From the NCBI GenBank assembly GCA_964291395.2, contig OZ219858.1:1024001-1088000 (forward strand): a DNA stretch of 64,000 nucleotides. The letters run 5' to 3'. Position numbers and translations under genes: made by a program. Source of the DNA: Alphaproteobacteria bacterium (GTDB lineage Bacteria; Pseudomonadota; Alphaproteobacteria; UBA2966). The notes under the pieces were generated by a model. That model was not told the DNA's origin. It worked only from the letters and a program-made list of their open reading frames with translations, and made no database searches. This document shows positions 50,673 through 61,569 of the stretch, piece by piece (positions within the stretch are counted from its first letter, which is position 1; every line of letters starts with the position of its first letter).

Positions 50673-50859
50673 ACCGCCCGATCGGCGTTCACTCGAAGAA
50701 CGTTTTTCGTACACATCATGCAGTATCCACGCAGGCCGCTCTCTCCGCGCCGAAACGGCTTCCGCATGGGCAAGAAGCCGAGAACCCGCGTCGGCATCAC
50801 GTCGCCTATCCGCGGGAGACCCTGGCCGGCGACGGCGGGGAAGGCGTGGCCGGCCCGCT

Positions 50860-51855
50860 CTAGTCGGACGAGCCCGCCAACGTGGGTTCGCCCTCGGGCA
50901 TGCGGCCGCCGGCCGCGGCGCCCCGGGGCACCGCCGCATCGATCCGCGCGAGCTCGTCGTCCGAGAGAGTGACATCGCAGGCGGCGATGTTCTGCTCGAG
51001 GTATCGCCGTTTCTCGGCACCCGGAATCGGGAAGATGTCATCCCCCTGGTGCAGCAGCCAGGCAAGCGCCAGCTGGGGCGTCGTGCAGCCCTTGTCGGCG
51101 GCGATGCCCTCCAGCCTCTCGACCAGCGCCGCGTTGTGGCGGATGTTCTCCTCGCTGAACCGCGGGAACGCCTTGCGCCGGTCCCCGTCACCGAGATCCG
51201 CGGTGCTCTTGACGCGGCCCGTCAATTGTCCCCGCCCCAGCGGCGCGAACGCCACCACGGCGATGCCGAGCTCACGGACCACCCCCAGCATGGTGTTCTC
51301 CGGATCCCGGCTGAACAGCGAGTACTCGTTCTGCAGGGCCGTGATGGGGTGTGTCGCGTGGGCACGGCGGAGCTGGTCGCCGCTGGCCTCCGACAAAGCC
51401 AGAAAGCGGACCTTCCCGGCCTTCACCAGATCCGCCATGCCGCCCACCGTTTCCTCGATCGGCACCTTGGGGTCGGTGCGATGGAGCGTGTAGAGGTCGA
51501 TCACGTCGAGGCCGAGACGCCGCAGGCTGTCGTCGCAAGCCGACTTGACGTATTCGGGGCTGCCGTTCAGTTCGCTGAAGAATTTGGGGGTGTCGAGCAC
51601 CGCTCCCACCTTCGTGTTGACGAAGGCCTGGTCGCGCCGGCCCTTGATGGACTTGCCGACCAGTTCCTCGTTGCGTCCGTTGTCGTAGACGTCCGCCGTG
51701 TCGATCAGGGCGAACCCCAGGTCGAGCGCGCGCCGGATCGTGGCGACGGACTCCTCTTCCTCCGCCCGGCCGTATACGCCCTTGATCATGGCCCAGCAGC
51801 CGAGGCCGAGCGGCGCGAGCCGCGGTCCGTCCTTGCCCATGGTGCGCCGCTTCAT
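50860..51855 (-). CDS. Aldo/keto reductase
   Basis: DTADVY, SLRRLG.D.IDLY..H, LQNEYS, QLALAW. Confidence 0.94.
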   Translation of the reverse strand: MKRRTMGKDGPRLAPLGLGCWAMIKGVYGRAEEEESVATIRRALDLGFALIDTADVYDNGRNEELVGKSIKGRRDQAFVNTKVGAVLDTPKFFSELNGSPEYVKSACDDSLRRLGLDVIDLYTLHRTDPKVPIEETVGGMADLVKAGKVRFLALSEASGDQLRRAHATHPITALQNEYSLFSRDPENTMLGVVRELGIAVVAFAPLGRGQLTGRVKSTADLGDGDRRKAFPRFSEENIRHNAALVERLEGIAADKGCTTPQLALAWLLHQGDDIFPIPGAEKRRYLEQNIAACDVTLSDDELARIDAAVPRGAAAGGRMPEGEPTLAGSSD

Positions 51856-52169
51856 GCTTTCCCCCCTTGAATGGTCCCGTGCAACCCGCCCGTCGACCCG
51901 GGCGCGGCCATTGTCGGCAAGGGTGGCGGGGGTGGCAACAGGCTTCGCGGCCGTCCCCCTTGGCCCACCGGAAAAGCGGGGCCGGGACCGCCGCTGTCCT
52001 GCCGGGCGGCAGCGGAGGCGATTTGGACGATATCGCTCCCCGGCGATGTTGACCTCGCGGCGCCGGTGTGCTTCCTCTCGCACACGCGAACGCGCATCCG
52101 GGCCGGATTGGCCGACATGCCGCATCGAATTCGAAAGACTGTTGCACCGCCCCGAGGGAGGAGACACCC

Positions 52170-53615
52170 ATGTCCGCAAACGGATACGAGAAACTCGAGC
52201 TTTTCATAGACGGCGAGTTCCGCCAGGGAAGCGAAGGCAAGACGGAGGACGTCGTCAATCCCGCCGACGAGAACGTGCTCGGCGAGCTGCCGCACGCCTC
52301 GAAGGCCGATCTCGACGAAGCGCTTGCCGCCGCCGACCGCATGTTTCCCGTGTGGCGGGACACGCCGGCGGTTCAGCGCGCGCAGGTGTTGAGCAAGGCC
52401 GGACAGCTCATGCGGGAGCGGATGGACCCCATCGCCCGCACCATGACGATGGAACAGGGCAAGGTCCTGAACGAAGCCAGGCTCGAGGTAGGTATCTCGG
52501 CGGAGATCTGCGAGTGGTACGCGGGCGAGTGCATGCGTTCCTACGGCCGGATCATCCCCGGCCGGACGGCCAACTCGCGCGGCATGGTCCTCAAGGAGCC
52601 GGTCGGGCCGGTCGCGGCGTTCACGCCGTGGAATTTCCCGGCTTATACGCCGATGCGCAAGATTTCCGCGGCCCTGGCGGCGGGTTGCTCGGTGGTCATC
52701 AAGGCCTCGGAAGAGACGCCGGGCACGTGCGTGGCCATCGCGCGCGTATTTCAGGATGCGGGGCTTCCCGACGGCGTGCTGAACGTCGTGTTCGGCGTGC
52801 CCGCCGAGGTCTCCGAGTACCTCATCCCCCATCCGGCGATCCGCAAGATTTCGTTCACCGGATCGGTTCCGGTGGGCAAGCTCCTGTCCAGCATGGCGGG
52901 CGAGCACATGAAGCGCGCCACCATGGAATTGGGGGGGCATTCGCCGGTGATCGTTTTCGACGACGCCGATACCGAAAAGGTCGTGAAGATGGTGGTCGGC
53001 GGCAAGTTCCGCAATGCCGGACAGGTCTGCATCTCGCCGACGCGCTTCTACGTCCAGGAGAACAAGTACGGTGAGTTCGTCAGCAGGTTCACCGAGATGG
53101 CGGAGGCGATGAACGTCACCAACGGTCTCGAGGAAGGCGCGGACATGGGCCCGCTCGCCAATCCGCGGCGTCTCGACGCGATGTCGGGATTCGTGGCGGA
53201 CGCCCGGGAGCACGGCGCGGACGTGCGCACCGGCGGCGAGCGGATCGGCAACCAGGGCTTCTTCTTCCAGCCGACGGTGATGGCCGACGTGCCCGAAGAC
53301 GCCCGGATCATGAACGAGGAGCCGTTCGGGCCGGTCGTCCCGGTCACCACGTTCAAGGAGTTCGACGAAGTGATCGAGCGTGCCAACAGGCTCGAGTTCG
53401 GGCTCGCTTCCTACGCCTTCACGAGCGACGACAACAAGGCGACGGCGCTGGCCGACAAGCTCGAGAGCGGCATGGTCGGCGTCAACAGCCTCGCCGTCTC
53501 GCTGCCGGAGGCGCCCTTCGGCGGGATCAAGGACAGCGGTCACGGTTCGGAGGGCGGCATCGAGGGCCTCGAGGCCTACCAGAACACCAAGTTCGTGCAG
53601 CACTGGGCCGCGTAA
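52170..53615 (+). CDS. NAD-dependent succinate/2-ketoglutarate semialdehyde dehydrogenase
   Basis: PWNFP, FTGS, MELGG, NAGQVC, EEPFGP, PFGG.K.SG. Confidence 0.93.
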   Translation: MSANGYEKLELFIDGEFRQGSEGKTEDVVNPADENVLGELPHASKADLDEALAAADRMFPVWRDTPAVQRAQVLSKAGQLMRERMDPIARTMTMEQGKVLNEARLEVGISAEICEWYAGECMRSYGRIIPGRTANSRGMVLKEPVGPVAAFTPWNFPAYTPMRKISAALAAGCSVVIKASEETPGTCVAIARVFQDAGLPDGVLNVVFGVPAEVSEYLIPHPAIRKISFTGSVPVGKLLSSMAGEHMKRATMELGGHSPVIVFDDADTEKVVKMVVGGKFRNAGQVCISPTRFYVQENKYGEFVSRFTEMAEAMNVTNGLEEGADMGPLANPRRLDAMSGFVADAREHGADVRTGGERIGNQGFFFQPTVMADVPEDARIMNEEPFGPVVPVTTFKEFDEVIERANRLEFGLASYAFTSDDNKATALADKLESGMVGVNSLAVSLPEAPFGGIKDSGHGSEGGIEGLEAYQNTKFVQHWAA

Positions 53616-53657
53616 GCCAGGCTGCGCTGCCCGCTCTTCCAAGGGGGTGATCGTCAT

Positions 53658-53684
53658 GGCGGTTCAAGCCCGGCTTGAACCGCC
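53658..53684. terminator. Perfect inverted repeat between the convergent aldehyde dehydrogenase and tRNA
   Basis: GGCGGTTCAAGCC-C-GGCTTGAACCGCC; no clear U-tract. Confidence 0.5.
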
Positions 53685-53702
53685 CTCGATCATTTCGATG
53701 AA

Positions 53703-53777
<75 letters not shown>

Positions 53778-53852
53778 CCCCGAAGGAGGCGGACCTTGCC
53801 ACGAGTGCCGTGGCCCGGCAAGCCATCCATGACTCGTTGACCCGCGTCCCGT

Positions 53853-55373
53853 CTACCTGTCGCGCACCCGCTTCTCGACCAGTTCGTCGTAGCCGCCCAT
53901 CTCGTCGAGCGCCCGTTGGGCGGCCTCCTCGACCACGTCCCAACGGAAGTAGTGGCTCGCCCGCGTGCGGCCGACGTGCCGCGGGCCGTTGTAGAACATC
54001 TCGTACTGGATGTGCCGGCTGGCGAACTCGGAACCGACGAGGTCCCAGACGAGGCGCATGAGCTTGTAGCGCTCGACCGCGTCCTCGGCCTCCGCCATGA
54101 CGAACTTGCTGTACATCTCGCGGGTCTCGGGGTTGTCGAAGACCGAAACGTCGGCGGGCTGCTGAAAAGGGTGCGAACCCAGAAGTTCCCGAACCACCTG
54201 AACGAAATCCGGGTAGTCCCGCATGGTCCAGTCCATGGTCGCATACATGGTCTGGCGGTCGGGCGCGATGTATCCGTTGGGCCACGCCTCGGTGATATCG
54301 GTCTCGGCGGCGAGCAGCCCCTCGAGCATCGCGACGCGGATACAGAGATCGGCCAGCATGTCGCGCACGGCCGGCACCTGGGCGATGCCGTTCATTTCCG
54401 CGACTTTGCGCGTCACGCCGAGGATGAAGCGCAATTTCGACAGGAGCCGGACGTGGGCCTGATAGTTGCCCAGCACGTGCGCCGGGGTTTCGTGGAACAG
54501 GCCCCGCGAACTCTCGAGATTCTCGTACGCGAACACGTTCTCCCACGGAACGTGAACGCTGTCGAAGAAGACCACGCAGTCGGTCTCGTCGAACCGCCAG
54601 GCCAGCGGATCGTCGAGCTGGCTGGGCGCGTCCTGCTCGAAGGACCGGCGCGAGATCAGCTTGACCCCGGGAGCGTCCGTGGGAACGGTAAACGTCGCCG
54701 CGAAACGCTCCATGCCCGGCGCCAGCACCTGGAAGTTGCCGACCAGAATCTCGTCGGCGAGGACGGCGGCGGTCGCCAGGATCTTGAAGCCCCACACCGT
54801 CATGCCGGCATCGTCTTCGCCGATCGTGTGGAGGCCGGACTCGCCGCTCAACCTGGGATCGAGCGCGGCATTCTTTTCCGTCGTGAAGACCGAATCCACG
54901 CTCCGCGTCGCGGCGGGAGGGACGATCGCGTAGGTCACGAACAGATCGCCGTCGCGCACGCGCCGATAATAGTCGACGACGTGCGCTTCGAAGTCGCGGC
55001 CATCCGTCCTGGCGACCTCCGGCACGCAGGCCATGCCGGTGATCCAGCCGGCGACGTGATCCGGGGAGCGTCCATAGAGGCCCCACGAGACGTCGGACCA
55101 GGCCTGATGGGCCCGCCCCCGGGCCAGCAGGTCGTCGCGCGTCCGGGGCTTCAGGTAATTGTTGCTGCAGCGCTCGCCCGTTTCCTCTTCGAAGTAGCTG
55201 AGCTCATTGGCCCGAGAGGGGTCCGACGTCACGTCGTAAAGCTGCGCCGTCGTCCGAACGATGTTGCGAAAGGCCGGGTGCGCCGCGACGTCGTCGATGC
55301 GTTCGCCGCCCATGTAGACCTCGGGCTTTCGCCCTTTGACGTCGTCGAGATACTGCTGACCGGTTCTGAGCAT
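53853..55373 (-). CDS. 4-hydroxyphenylacetate 3-hydroxylase (HpaB) family flavin monooxygenase
   Basis: RTGQQYL, HPAF, GRSPDH, RFDETD, WENVF, FASRH.QYEMFY.G. Confidence 0.92.
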   Translation of the reverse strand: MLRTGQQYLDDVKGRKPEVYMGGERIDDVAAHPAFRNIVRTTAQLYDVTSDPSRANELSYFEEETGERCSNNYLKPRTRDDLLARGRAHQAWSDVSWGLYGRSPDHVAGWITGMACVPEVARTDGRDFEAHVVDYYRRVRDGDLFVTYAIVPPAATRSVDSVFTTEKNAALDPRLSGESGLHTIGEDDAGMTVWGFKILATAAVLADEILVGNFQVLAPGMERFAATFTVPTDAPGVKLISRRSFEQDAPSQLDDPLAWRFDETDCVVFFDSVHVPWENVFAYENLESSRGLFHETPAHVLGNYQAHVRLLSKLRFILGVTRKVAEMNGIAQVPAVRDMLADLCIRVAMLEGLLAAETDITEAWPNGYIAPDRQTMYATMDWTMRDYPDFVQVVRELLGSHPFQQPADVSVFDNPETREMYSKFVMAEAEDAVERYKLMRLVWDLVGSEFASRHIQYEMFYNGPRHVGRTRASHYFRWDVVEEAAQRALDEMGGYDELVEKRVRDR

Positions 55374-55513
55374 GACGCCGTCACTCTAGGCTTCATGCGA
55401 ACGCCGTGACAACCGGGCCTCCGAAAGCCCGGATACCCGGCGGATCGCCTTGCGCCCCCATTGCCTTCGCGGTCCGATCTGGAGTAATTGCCGGCATCGG
55501 GTGGATCAAAGAC

Positions 55514-55681
55514 ATGGCGGAACACCGCAAGACCAGGAAGGATCCCGAACGAAGCGCCCGCTTGTCGGAGGCGCTGCGCCGGAACCTTCGGCGCCGGAAA
55601 CAACAGGCCCGTGAGCGCAATCGGGAGCCCGAGGCCGAGCGGGAACGCCTCGCCGACCGATCACGCGAGGAGCGCGACTAG
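55514..55681 (+). CDS. Small basic protein of the kind found upstream of murA in Alphaproteobacteria
   Basis: RL..ALR.NLRRRK.Q.R motif. Confidence 0.75.
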   Translation: MAEHRKTRKDPERSARLSEALRRNLRRRKQQARERNREPEAERERLADRSREERD

Positions 55682-55834
55682 GCGACAAAGCCCCGGATCC
55701 CTGTCGGGAACCCCGGATTTCTCCGTCGCCTCGCGGTTTGCATCGACGTTGGATTGGGCTACAACGGCGCCGGTCCGGATCGGCCCGAAAGACGCATGAA
55801 AGGCTCGAGAAGCCTTGGTGCCGGATGAAGGTTC

Positions 55835-57145
55835 ATGGATAGAATTCGCATCACCGGCGGCGTACCGCTCGAGGGCGACATTCCCATCAGCGGGGCGAAG
55901 AACGCAGCCTTGCCGCTGATGACGGCGAGTCTGCTGACGGACGGGCCTCTGCAGCTCTCCAACCTGCCGCATCTCATGGACATCAGCACGCTGGCGGATT
56001 TGCTGACGTCGCTCGGCGTCGACATCACCATGGAGGGCGATGCGGACGACGACGGACATACCGGCCGTGTCCTGACGCTGACCTGCGGCGACCTGTCGGG
56101 AACGACCGCGCCGTACGATCTGGTGCGCAAGATGCGGGCATCGATCCTCGTGCTGGGGCCGCTGCTCGCGCGCGCCGGAACGGCGAGGGTTTCACTTCCG
56201 GGCGGTTGCGCCATCGGAACGCGTCCCGTGGATCTTCATCTGGCCGGCCTGGCGGAACTCGGCGCGGAGATCGAGTTGACGGACGGTTACATCGAGGCGC
56301 GAGCGCCGCGGGGCCTGAAAGGGTCCGTCATCCGGTTCCCCAGGGTCTCGGTCGGGGCGACCGAGAATCTGCTGATGGCGGCGACGCTGGCGGAGGGAGA
56401 AACGGTCCTCGAGAACGCCGCCCGGGAACCCGAAGTCGGCGATCTCGCGAACTGTCTCACCGCGATGGGCGCGGAAATTGACGGCATCGGCACGGATCGG
56501 CTGGTCGTCACCGGCGTCCCTCGATTGGCGGGGACCCGGTACCGCGTGATGCCCGATCGGGTGGAGACGGGCACGTTCGCCGTCGCCGCCGCGATCACGG
56601 GCGGCGATCTGACGTTGCGCCACGCGGACGCCGATGGGGTCAGCGCCGTGGCGGACGTGATGGCCCGCGCCGGTGTCGCCGTGAAGCGAAAGGCCGGAGG
56701 GCTCCGCGTCCGCCGGAACGGCGCGGGGATCAGCGCGGTCGACGTGACGACGCAGCCCTATCCGGGATTTCCCACCGACATGCAGGCGCAGGTCATGGCG
56801 CTCATGGCGTTCAGCGACGGGGCGGCGATGATCACCGAGACGATCTTCGAGAACCGCTTCATGCACGTGCCGGAACTCGCGCGTATGGGGGCCGACATCA
56901 CCGTGAGCGGATCGTCGGCGATGGTGCGCGGGGTCTCCGGGTTGAAGGGCGCTCCGGTCATGGCCACGGATCTGCGGGCCTCCGTCTCGCTCGTCCTCGC
57001 CGGGCTCGCGGCAACCGGCGACACGTTGGTGAATCGCGTCTACCACCTCGATCGCGGCTATGAACGGCTCGTGCAGAAGCTCGCGGCCTGCGGGGCGCGG
57101 ATTGAGCGCATTTCGGATCGAGGAGGGTCGGTCCGTGACGGATGA
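55835..57145 (+). CDS. murA: UDP-N-acetylglucosamine 1-carboxyvinyltransferase
   Basis: [34 protein letters not shown]. Confidence 0.98.
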   Translation: MDRIRITGGVPLEGDIPISGAKNAALPLMTASLLTDGPLQLSNLPHLMDISTLADLLTSLGVDITMEGDADDDGHTGRVLTLTCGDLSGTTAPYDLVRKMRASILVLGPLLARAGTARVSLPGGCAIGTRPVDLHLAGLAELGAEIELTDGYIEARAPRGLKGSVIRFPRVSVGATENLLMAATLAEGETVLENAAREPEVGDLANCLTAMGAEIDGIGTDRLVVTGVPRLAGTRYRVMPDRVETGTFAVAAAITGGDLTLRHADADGVSAVADVMARAGVAVKRKAGGLRVRRNGAGISAVDVTTQPYPGFPTDMQAQVMALMAFSDGAAMITETIFENRFMHVPELARMGADITVSGSSAMVRGVSGLKGAPVMATDLRASVSLVLAGLAATGDTLVNRVYHLDRGYERLVQKLAACGARIERISDRGGSVRDG

Positions 57146-57593
57146 ACCTCTCAAGTTGAGCGCGCGGGATACGGAAGATCTCTCGGTGGTCTCCACGATG
57201 GTCCAGGACGCTTTGACCCGCACCGGCGACATGGTCTTTCATCAGCGGGAACGGCGGTTCCTCGTGCTCCTGGATCGTTTCATGTGGGAGCGGGACGATG
57301 GGGAACCCGTCGACGGCAAGCTCTATCGGCGCGTCCGCTCGATACTCCACTTCGACGACGTCCTCGGCGTGAAAACCCGGAACCTCGACATGAACGCGCG
57401 GGAGGAGGTTCTGGAGTTGCTGGCAATGGGCGTTTCCGGGACCTCCGAACCCGCCTCGCAGGTGGAGCTCGTGTTCGCCGGCGGTGGCGCCGTGCGTCTG
57501 GATGTGGATTGTATCGAATGCCGGCTGACGGATCAGGGGCGGCCCTGGGTCACGCGGCGGCGGCCCCGGCACGCCGTCGACACGGCGAACTGA
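57135..57593 (+). CDS. DUF2948 family protein
   Basis: LKL.A.D.EDL.V.S..VQD, RF.WE, L.V.CIE..L.D.G.PW; position after murA. Confidence 0.88.
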   Translation: MTDEPLKLSARDTEDLSVVSTMVQDALTRTGDMVFHQRERRFLVLLDRFMWERDDGEPVDGKLYRRVRSILHFDDVLGVKTRNLDMNAREEVLELLAMGVSGTSEPASQVELVFAGGGAVRLDVDCIECRLTDQGRPWVTRRRPRHAVDTAN

Positions 57594-57655
57594 GGCATCG
57601 CGCCGTCCGCGTCCCGGCTCCGTTCGGCACGTCAGAGCGATTGAGGAACATCACC

Positions 57656-58318
57656 GTGTCTCCGACAGAACCCATCGTCATCGCACTGCCGCGCGGACGC
57701 ATTCTGCGCGAAGTGATCGATGTCGTGCGCCGGGCCGGTGTGGAACCGGAACCGGCGTTCGACGATCCTGGCGCGCGCCGGTTGCGGTTCAGCACCAACC
57801 TCCCCCACGTCTCCATCGTCCGGGTGCGGAGTTTCGACGTCGCGACCTTCATCGCCTTCGGCGGCGCGCAGCTCGGAGTTGCCGGAAACGATGTTCTGAC
57901 CGAATTCCAGTATCCGGAGATCTACGCGCCGCTCGACCTCGGGGTGGGAGAGTGCCGCCTCGCCGTCGCCGAACCCAAGGAGCTCGGCGCCCATGACGAT
58001 CCGTCACGATGGAGCCACGTTCGCGTGGCGACGAAATACCCGTCGATCACCCGCCGCCACTTCGCGGCCCGGGGCGTGCAAGCGGAATGCATTCATTTGA
58101 ATGGGGCGATGGAGCTGGCCCCGGCGCTGGGACTTTGCCGGCGCATCGTCGACCTCGTGTCCACGGGCGCGACGCTGCGCGCGAACGGGTTGGTGGAAGT
58201 CGAACATATCGCCGACGTGACCTCCCGTTTGGCCGTCAACCGCACCGCGCTCAAGACACGATCCCGCGAGATGAACGAATGGATACAACGGTTTCGGGAG
58301 GCGTCCGATGCCGGTTAG
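57656..58318 (+). CDS. hisG: ATP phosphoribosyltransferase, short form
   Basis: ALPRGRI, VRSFDV, VATKYP, GAMELAP, VDLVSTG.TL. Confidence 0.96.
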   Translation: MSPTEPIVIALPRGRILREVIDVVRRAGVEPEPAFDDPGARRLRFSTNLPHVSIVRVRSFDVATFIAFGGAQLGVAGNDVLTEFQYPEIYAPLDLGVGECRLAVAEPKELGAHDDPSRWSHVRVATKYPSITRRHFAARGVQAECIHLNGAMELAPALGLCRRIVDLVSTGATLRANGLVEVEHIADVTSRLAVNRTALKTRSREMNEWIQRFREASDAG

Positions 58319-59618
58319 ACTCGAGGTGTCGGATGCGGCGTTCGAGACCGCGTTCGCGACCTTTCTCCAAACCAAGCGTGAGGTAGCGGCAGACGTCTCC
58401 CAGGATGTCGCGCACATCATCGACGACGTCCAAGGCCGCGGTGACACGGCGGTCATTGCCTGCGCGGAGAAGTTCGAGGGCCAGATCCTGACCCCGGAGA
58501 CGCTGCGCATTTCGGAAGAAGAGGTGCGGCGGGCCGCCGCCGCCGCACCCGCCGAGGTTCGAAAGGCGCTCGCCGTCGCCGCCCGGCGAATCGAGGCGTA
58601 CCACCAGCGGCAGATCCCTCAGGATCTGGAGTTCGAGGATCGCGACGGCGTCGCGTTGGGACATCGCTGGACTCCGATTTCCACCGTTGGGCTGTACGTG
58701 CCGGGCGGATCGGCGGCCTATCCGTCGACGGTGTTGATGACGGCCATCCCCGCGAAGACCGCGGGCGTCGGCCGGATCGTCATGACGGTTCCCACGGCCG
58801 GCGGGGAACTCCACCCCGCGGTCGCGGCGGCTGCGGAACTCGCCGGCGTGACCGAGATCTATCGAGTCGGGGGCGCACATGCGATTGCCGCGCTGGCTTT
58901 GGGAACGGACGCCATACCCGCGGTCGACAAGATCGTCGGCCCGGGAAACGCCTACGTGACCGCGGCCAAACGTCAACTGTTCGGCAGGGTGGGCATAGAC
59001 ATGATCGCGGGACCCTCCGAAATTCTCGTCGTGGCGGACTCCCGGAACGACCCGGCATGGATAGCCGCGGATCTGCTGTCTCAGGCGGAGCACGACGAGA
59101 ACGCGCAGGCGATCCTGATAACGGATGACGTCGATTTCGCCGACTCGGTCGAACGGGCGATCTCCGGTCACCTGTCACGTCTCGGGCGCGCCACCATCGC
59201 CTCCGACGCGTGGCGGGACTACGGAGCGGTCATCCTGGTGGACAGCCTGGATGCCGCGCCGCCGATCATCGATCGGATCGCGCCCGAGCATCTCGAGCTC
59301 GCGGTCTCGGATCCCGGCCCGCTGGCGGGCGCCGTGCGCCACGCCGGGACAATCTTTTTGGGTCGCTACACGCCGGAAGCGGTGGGCGATTACGTGGCAG
59401 GCCCGAGCCATGTCCTGCCCACCGCGAGGAGTGCCCGATTCTCGTCGGGGCTCTCGGTGCTCGATTTCATGAAACGAACCTCGCTGGTGCGATGCGATGC
59501 CCGGAGCCTCCGAGCCGTGGGCCCGGCGGCGGCGGCCCTCGCCGAGGCCGAAGGGTTCGGCGCCCATGCCTTGTCGCTGAACATCCGTCTGAACGACGAC
59601 GGACCTTCCGAGTCCTGA
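58308..59618 (+). CDS. hisD: Histidinol dehydrogenase
   Basis: [35 protein letters not shown]. Confidence 0.97.
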   Translation: MPVRLEVSDAAFETAFATFLQTKREVAADVSQDVAHIIDDVQGRGDTAVIACAEKFEGQILTPETLRISEEEVRRAAAAAPAEVRKALAVAARRIEAYHQRQIPQDLEFEDRDGVALGHRWTPISTVGLYVPGGSAAYPSTVLMTAIPAKTAGVGRIVMTVPTAGGELHPAVAAAAELAGVTEIYRVGGAHAIAALALGTDAIPAVDKIVGPGNAYVTAAKRQLFGRVGIDMIAGPSEILVVADSRNDPAWIAADLLSQAEHDENAQAILITDDVDFADSVERAISGHLSRLGRATIASDAWRDYGAVILVDSLDAAPPIIDRIAPEHLELAVSDPGPLAGAVRHAGTIFLGRYTPEAVGDYVAGPSHVLPTARSARFSSGLSVLDFMKRTSLVRCDARSLRAVGPAAAALAEAEGFGAHALSLNIRLNDDGPSES

Positions 59619-59623
59619 CGACC

Positions 59624-60097
59624 GTGTCCGATCGTCATCGGATTATCGACGTCACGCTCGACGAAGGGAGCTTCGTTCGGCGAAACCCCGACGTCGATCA
59701 CGAGCGCCGGGTCGCCATTTTCGACCTTCTGCAGGAGAACCGGTTCGTCCTGACCGGCGGGGCCGAGGGTCCGTTCCGGGTGCACATCAGCGTGCGCGAA
59801 ACCCGGCTCGTTCTGGAAGTGCGGTCCGAGGACGAGCGCGATGTCGACACCATCGTTCTGGCGCTGACGCCGTTCCGCCGCATCATCCGCGAATATTTTC
59901 TGATCTGCGAGAGCTACTACAACGCCATCAAGACGGCCACGCCCTCTCGCATCGAGGCCATCGACGTGGGACGGAAGGGGCTCCACGACGAAGGCGCGCA
60001 GCTTCTGCGACACCATCTCGCGGCCAAGGTGGATGTGGACGAGGCGACTTCCCGGCGGCTCTTCACCCTGCTCTGCGTGTTGCATTTCAAGGGCTGA
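59624..60097 (+). CDS. UPF0262 family protein
   Basis: HERRVAIFDL, YFLICESYY, IEAID.GR, RRLFTL. Confidence 0.9.
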   Translation: MSDRHRIIDVTLDEGSFVRRNPDVDHERRVAIFDLLQENRFVLTGGAEGPFRVHISVRETRLVLEVRSEDERDVDTIVLALTPFRRIIREYFLICESYYNAIKTATPSRIEAIDVGRKGLHDEGAQLLRHHLAAKVDVDEATSRRLFTLLCVLHFKG

Positions 60098-60112
60098 CCG
60101 TAGCCGGAAGCG

Positions 60113-60556
60113 ATGGCTGATCTCCCCCACGCGGTCCTGTACTCGTGCACCATGAACGCGGTGCGCTCGCCGATGGCCGAGGGTATCACGAAGCACTATT
60201 TCGGCCATCAGGTCTACGTCGACTCGGTGGGCGTGAGGCAAGGTGAACCAAACGCCTTCGTCGCGGCCGTCATGGAGGAGATCGGAATCGATCTCTCCCG
60301 TCACAACCCCAAGACCTTCGATCAGCTCGAAGACACCTCCTACGACCTCGTGATCTCGCTCTCCCCCGACGCCCAGCACCGCGCCGTCGAGTTGACACGC
60401 ACCATGGCCTGCGAACTCGAATACTGGCAGACCTTCGATGCGACGGTGGTACAGGGTAGCCGCGAGACGATCCTCAATGCCTATCGCAGTGTCCGGGACT
60501 CGCTCCAGGAGCGCATTCTGCGACGCTTTTCGGACGACACCCCGCCCGGGACTTAG
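60113..60556 (+). CDS. Low-molecular-weight phosphatase / ArsC-like protein
   Basis: CTMNAVRS P-loop. Confidence 0.9.
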   Translation: MADLPHAVLYSCTMNAVRSPMAEGITKHYFGHQVYVDSVGVRQGEPNAFVAAVMEEIGIDLSRHNPKTFDQLEDTSYDLVISLSPDAQHRAVELTRTMACELEYWQTFDATVVQGSRETILNAYRSVRDSLQERILRRFSDDTPPGT

Positions 60557-60708
60557 CCGTCGGAACCCCGACGGGCACCGCGCTGCGGACGGACGGACGA
60601 TGGAAGGCGGATCAAGGAAAATTCTGCGCAAGCTTGATTTTTTGGCCGTCGCACGCCTTCATTGCGGCGCAAACAGACGTAATTCGTTCCATCAATGCTG
60701 GAGGGTGG

Positions 60709-60927
60709 ATGGCTAAGGAAGAACTTTTGGAGTTTCCCGGCGTCGTGAGAGAGCTCCTGCCGAACGCCATGTTCCGGGTCAAATTGGAGAATGGTCACGA
60801 AGTGTTGGCCCACACCGCGGGAAAGATGCGCAAGCACCGCATTCGCGTGCTTGCCGGCGATAAGGTCCTGGTCGAAATGACTCCCTATGATCTGACCAAG
60901 GGCCGCATCACGTTCCGCTACAAGTAA
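60709..60927 (+). CDS. infA: Translation initiation factor IF-1
   Basis: MAKEELLE...[14 protein letters not shown]...PYDLTKGRI. Confidence 0.98.
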   Translation: MAKEELLEFPGVVRELLPNAMFRVKLENGHEVLAHTAGKMRKHRIRVLAGDKVLVEMTPYDLTKGRITFRYK

Positions 60928-60939
60928 ATCAGTCTCTCG

Positions 60940-61569
60940 TTGGGCGCGCTGCCCGGTTCGCCTCTGGTCCTTGCTTCGGCTTCGCCTCGGCGCCGGCAGC
61001 TGCTTCTCCAGGCAGGTCTGGCGCCTGACGAAATCCGTACGGCGGAGATCGACGAAACCCCGCACCCGGGGGAACTGCCCGGGGACTTGGCGCGGCGGCT
61101 GGCACAGGAAAAAGCCCGTCGGGTCGCCGAGTCGCGCGCCGACGCATTCGTCCTGGCCGCCGACACGGTCGTGGCCTGTGGCCGGCGAATCCTTCCGAAA
61201 GCGTACGACGAGGAGGAAGCCCGATACTGCCTCAATCTGCTGTCGGGCCGGCGTCACCGCGTGTTTTCGGGCGTGGCGGTTGTCGATACGCGGCAGCGCA
61301 TGCGGTCCCGTCTCGTCATGTCGACCGTCGCCTTCAAGAGGCTGGAAAGATCGGAGATTGACTCCTACGTTGTCTGCGGAGAATGGCAGGGCAAAGCAGG
61401 CGGTTACGCAATCCAGGGACGTGCGGCCCTTTTTGTTCGCTGGCTTCGGGGCTCCTTTTCCGGGGTTGTCGGCCTGCCGCTTCACGAAACCGCAGCGATG
61501 CTGTCCGGGGTCGGGTATCCTGTTCTAGAAGCGCAAGGCCGGTCCGGGATGGATGCACGCGATGACTGA
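60940..61569 (+). CDS. maf: Maf nucleotide pyrophosphatase
   Basis: LASASPRR, ADTVV, GKAGGY, VVGLP. Confidence 0.95.
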   Translation: MGALPGSPLVLASASPRRRQLLLQAGLAPDEIRTAEIDETPHPGELPGDLARRLAQEKARRVAESRADAFVLAADTVVACGRRILPKAYDEEEARYCLNLLSGRRHRVFSGVAVVDTRQRMRSRLVMSTVAFKRLERSEIDSYVVCGEWQGKAGGYAIQGRAALFVRWLRGSFSGVVGLPLHETAAMLSGVGYPVLEAQGRSGMDARDD